Assembly: GCA_000708835.1 (NCBI GenBank)
Contig: DF237493.1
Span: forward strand, 1 to 59,421
Length of the DNA: 59,421 bases
Source: Klebsormidium nitens
Lineage: Eukaryota; Plantae; Klebsormidiophyceae
Direction of reading: 5' to 3'
This document shows, piece by piece, positions 56,901 through 59,421 of the stretch; position 1 is the first letter of the stretch; every line of letters begins with the position of its first letter. A program made the translations under genes and the position numbers. The notes below the pieces were generated by a model. It was given only the letters and a program-made list of their open reading frames with translations, was not told the DNA's origin and ran no database searches.

Positions 56901-59108
56901 CTGGTGGAGGGTGTCCCATTTCCGCTCGTCGATCATTCGGTTCTGCTCCAAAAGGTACCTGCAATCTGCATTGTCCGTTGTCGAGTTGGAAAAGAAGACG
57001 CGGTTGTGCTGCGAGACATGTCGTGATTTGTATTTTCATGCCAACCACTCTTTCTGCAGCAGATAATGTCCGTCTGTCACGTGCGGCAATCAAACATCGG
57101 GAGACAAGTCGCACAGATTGGTAGAAGCAAAGTTGCTCTGTGCAAGTTGGGCGATCGGTTCTGGGTGCCTTTGCGGTTTTTGTTGACTCTTTTTCGCGTC
57201 AGAAGGATGAAACAACGGGACTTGCATTTTTCATAGGGGTGAAGAGATCCTGCTTCAAAACTTTTGAAGACGAAGTTGCGATGATGTCCGGCGAAGTTTC
57301 CGCCGTAGTAGGGCAATTCTTATTATAAAGCACAGTAAGAAGAAGAAGAATCAAAAGAATCATAAGCTTCTTTTGCGCAAGGTACAATTTTTCAAGCGAC
57401 TACCGCATACATTTGCGAAGACAGTGGCTATGGACAAAGTGACCCGACTTCTGTTACCAACCAGCCTATGCCGAGAAAGTAGAGAGCTCCACGTAGAGTG
57501 AACCCCCAATTCCTGGTCTTTTTGCAGGTATTTTTGTCAGTCAGAGGGCCGGTCCTCTTCAAGAGATTTAGTGCACGGAAGTTGGGAAGCGAAGAGTGCA
57601 TGACATGACCCATCTGACACCCGCTGATCATGATCCAAGATTCTCTGGATCTGCACTCAAGATAAAAGTGTTCGATCCCATTCGCCACAGGTATCCATCG
57701 TCAGTCAAGAGCCGGTCCTCTTCAACGACTCCATCGCTTATAACATCGCGTATGGCCGGGGCGACGTGCCCCGGTCACAAGTCGAGCAGGCGGCGGTTAG
57801 CGCAAACGCCCATGATTTCATCCGCGACTTTCCTGGGGGGTACGAAACAACAGTTGGGGAACGGGGGGTGCGGCTGTCCGGGGGCCAGAAGCAGCGGATT
57901 GCGATTGCGCGCGCACTTTTGATGGACCCCAAAATCCGTGAGTATCGGTGTCTAGGCTTGAGGGTTTGATTTTACTACGACTGTCTGGGGGAGGAAAAGC
58001 GCGTTTTGTATTCTTGTACTCAACAACGGAACCCCTTCGACGTCGATTTTGATGAGCAGATCCTGGAGCGGTATTATTCGAAGTCCCCTAGTCTCAAGCA
58101 TGAAAACAGTGACTGGAAATCTGCTTCAACATCTCGTATTTTATGGCCTCTTCTGGCTTCTAACAGCCAACCTTTCCTCCGCCGCTTCGGATCCGTCAAA
58201 AGTCCTCGGTCCATTATTTCTGTCAAGTCTCGCTAATATCGTGCATCCGGTGTTTTGCAGTTTTACTGGACGAAGCTACGAGCGCTTTGGACGCAGAATC
58301 AGAGCACCTGGTTCAGGTAAGCCTCCTACGAGATCTATCGGCTTTTGGGCTATAAGTGCTTTGTGTAATATTGAGGGCAACCGTTTGCGTGTCGGGAATA
58401 AGTGACTTGCTTGTCCTCGAGGGCTACCGTTTGCGTACAAGTGAGAAAAGTCGGCGGCAATAAGTATGTCCAGGATTGTTAGCATAGTAAAGTTGTACGT
58501 GACGATAAGCGGCCCGTCAGATCAGCAGAATTTAGAAGTCTGTGCTGGCTCATGCTTTTGGAGGAAGCTTTGTCCTGCCTTAAAGAGTTGTAGCGGCCCT
58601 CAAGGTATGCACGATTGGGGAAAAGATCGTTGTATCCTTGTAAGGGAGTACATAAGACGGTTTCTGCATCGCTAGATTTTCCAAGCCTACAGAACTGAAG
58701 ACTTTGTCGCAGAGAGCCAAACTCCTGAGACTCGACACCCTGACCGCAGGGTTTGTTACACCGCTTGTTGAATGGATGGACGGTTCTCGTGATCTCTTTC
58801 ACTCTCGTCCTCGAAGTAAGGAACGCACTTCTTTTTCAAACCCCTTCAGCAATCCAGTCATTCAAACTTCAAAACCCTGATTGCAGGAAGCGCTGGACCG
58901 GTTAATGGTTGGAAGGACGGTCCTCGTGATCGCCCATCGATTGTCCACCGTCCAAGGAGCGGACGTCGTGGCGGTGGTAGAGGAGGGAGTGATCCGCGAG
59001 AAGGGAACCCACGAGGAGTTGATAAAAAAGCAGGGCATATATGCAAGCCTCGTGAAAAGGCAATTGCAAGCGGGAAAGAGTGACTTGACGTTGAGCGAGT
59101 TGACGTAA
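50905..59108 (+). CDS. ABCB27: Half-size ABCB transporter, TAP-like (ALS1/TAP2/ABCB27 type), ~676 aa, 9 exons
   Basis: Exons 50905-51243, 52441-52674, 53359-53616, 54493-54781, 55628-55839, 56629-56802, 57691-57937, 58261-58316, 58887-59108. TMD with [13 protein letters not shown] and [25 protein letters not shown]; Walker A GPSGGGKT; Q-loop VSQEP; signature [13 protein letters not shown]; Walker [12 protein letters not shown]; H-loop IAHRLST. The orthologue name is a best match from memory. Confidence 0.93.
51900..52345 (+). repeat. Three upstream copies of the ABCB exon-2 acceptor plus 5' end
   Basis: tgcag|ccccggttcgccggccaggtcatagac variants start at 52298, 52126 and 51956 (real 52441), with spacings of 143, 172 and 170 bp. 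They share an aaacctctctcatcaccca intron motif. Confidence 0.85.
53160..54360 (+). repeat. Upstream copies of the ABCB exon-3 and exon-4 acceptors plus 5' ends
   Basis: ccag|GATATCGGCTTCTTT..GAGCTCCTGAG..CACCTAAGC at 53192 (real 53359). acag|GCGTCCGCAGCCGCTGCTTCTGCGACC at 54262 (real 54493), with fainter copies near 54000 and 54110. Confidence 0.9.
55470..57570 (+). repeat. Echo copies around ABCB exons 5, 6 and 7
   Basis: Exon-5 acceptor copy at 55477, exon-5 donor copies at ~55990-56056 and ~56195-56262, exon-6 donor copy at ~56905-56958 (..ccaaaag|gtacct), and exon-7 acceptor copy at ~57520-57565 (gcag|gtatttttgtcagtcagagggccggtcctcttcaa). Confidence 0.82.
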
Positions 59109-59421
59109 TCCCGGCCTAGTTTTGTCCCTCATGGACAAATATCGCGCGCAAGAAGGTCTTCAGATGGAACGCGCAATGGTCTGCGGCCTTATCTCGCGAT
59201 GTGGGCCGCTTTATTTAGCGCGGCCGCCGCCCATTGTGGATACCGGGTAGCGAATCAAGTGCCTTGCATGTATGAGATCGGCCGCATTGACCATACTCTT
59301 GAGGTCGCTGACGCATGCTGCCCGTGCAGCTGCACACATATGTGTATGAACGTGTTGCCCATCTTTGTGATGGATGTCGACACGTCGGACGAGGTCACTC
59401 ATATTTTTAGCTATGGAACAT

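Noticed and set aside
1-59421. tRNA, rRNA, snRNA genes or introner-type repeated introns shared between genes
   Set aside because: No cloverleaf or T-loop signatures or rRNA-like stretches were seen, and intron repeats are always local to their own exon rather than shared across genes. A covariance-model scan was not possible.

Overview
This window is eukaryotic, intron-rich nuclear DNA with GT-AG introns. Plastid-targeted genes and a TOC159-family GTPase point to a green plant lineage, most plausibly a streptophyte alga such as Klebsormidium (inference only). I assembled six spliced genes exon by exon with consistent splice phases: Makorin RING/CCCH E3 ligase (-), plastid malonyl-CoA:ACP transacylase FabD (-), a divergent TOC159-family import receptor (+), a small plastid-targeted LEA-like protein (-), proteasome subunit RPN10 (-) and a half-size ABCB transporter of the TAP/ALS1 type (+). 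A seventh gene encodes a PHD-finger protein (+; domain certain, middle exons less so), and an eighth, a small single-pass membrane protein (-), is tentative. The most striking signal is not a gene. In four genes, about 19 exon edges are echoed inside the neighbouring intron as tandem, decaying copies of splice site plus 40-110 nt of exon edge, with units of roughly 110-240 bp. Acceptor-end copies always lie upstream of the exon and donor-end copies always downstream. Many copies keep intact AG/GT dinucleotides, some preserve ancestral codons of the exon, one differs almost only at synonymous sites, and two offer in-frame alternative acceptors. No rRNA, tRNA, CRISPR array or intact transposase was recognised. 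All coordinates and counts were made by eye.
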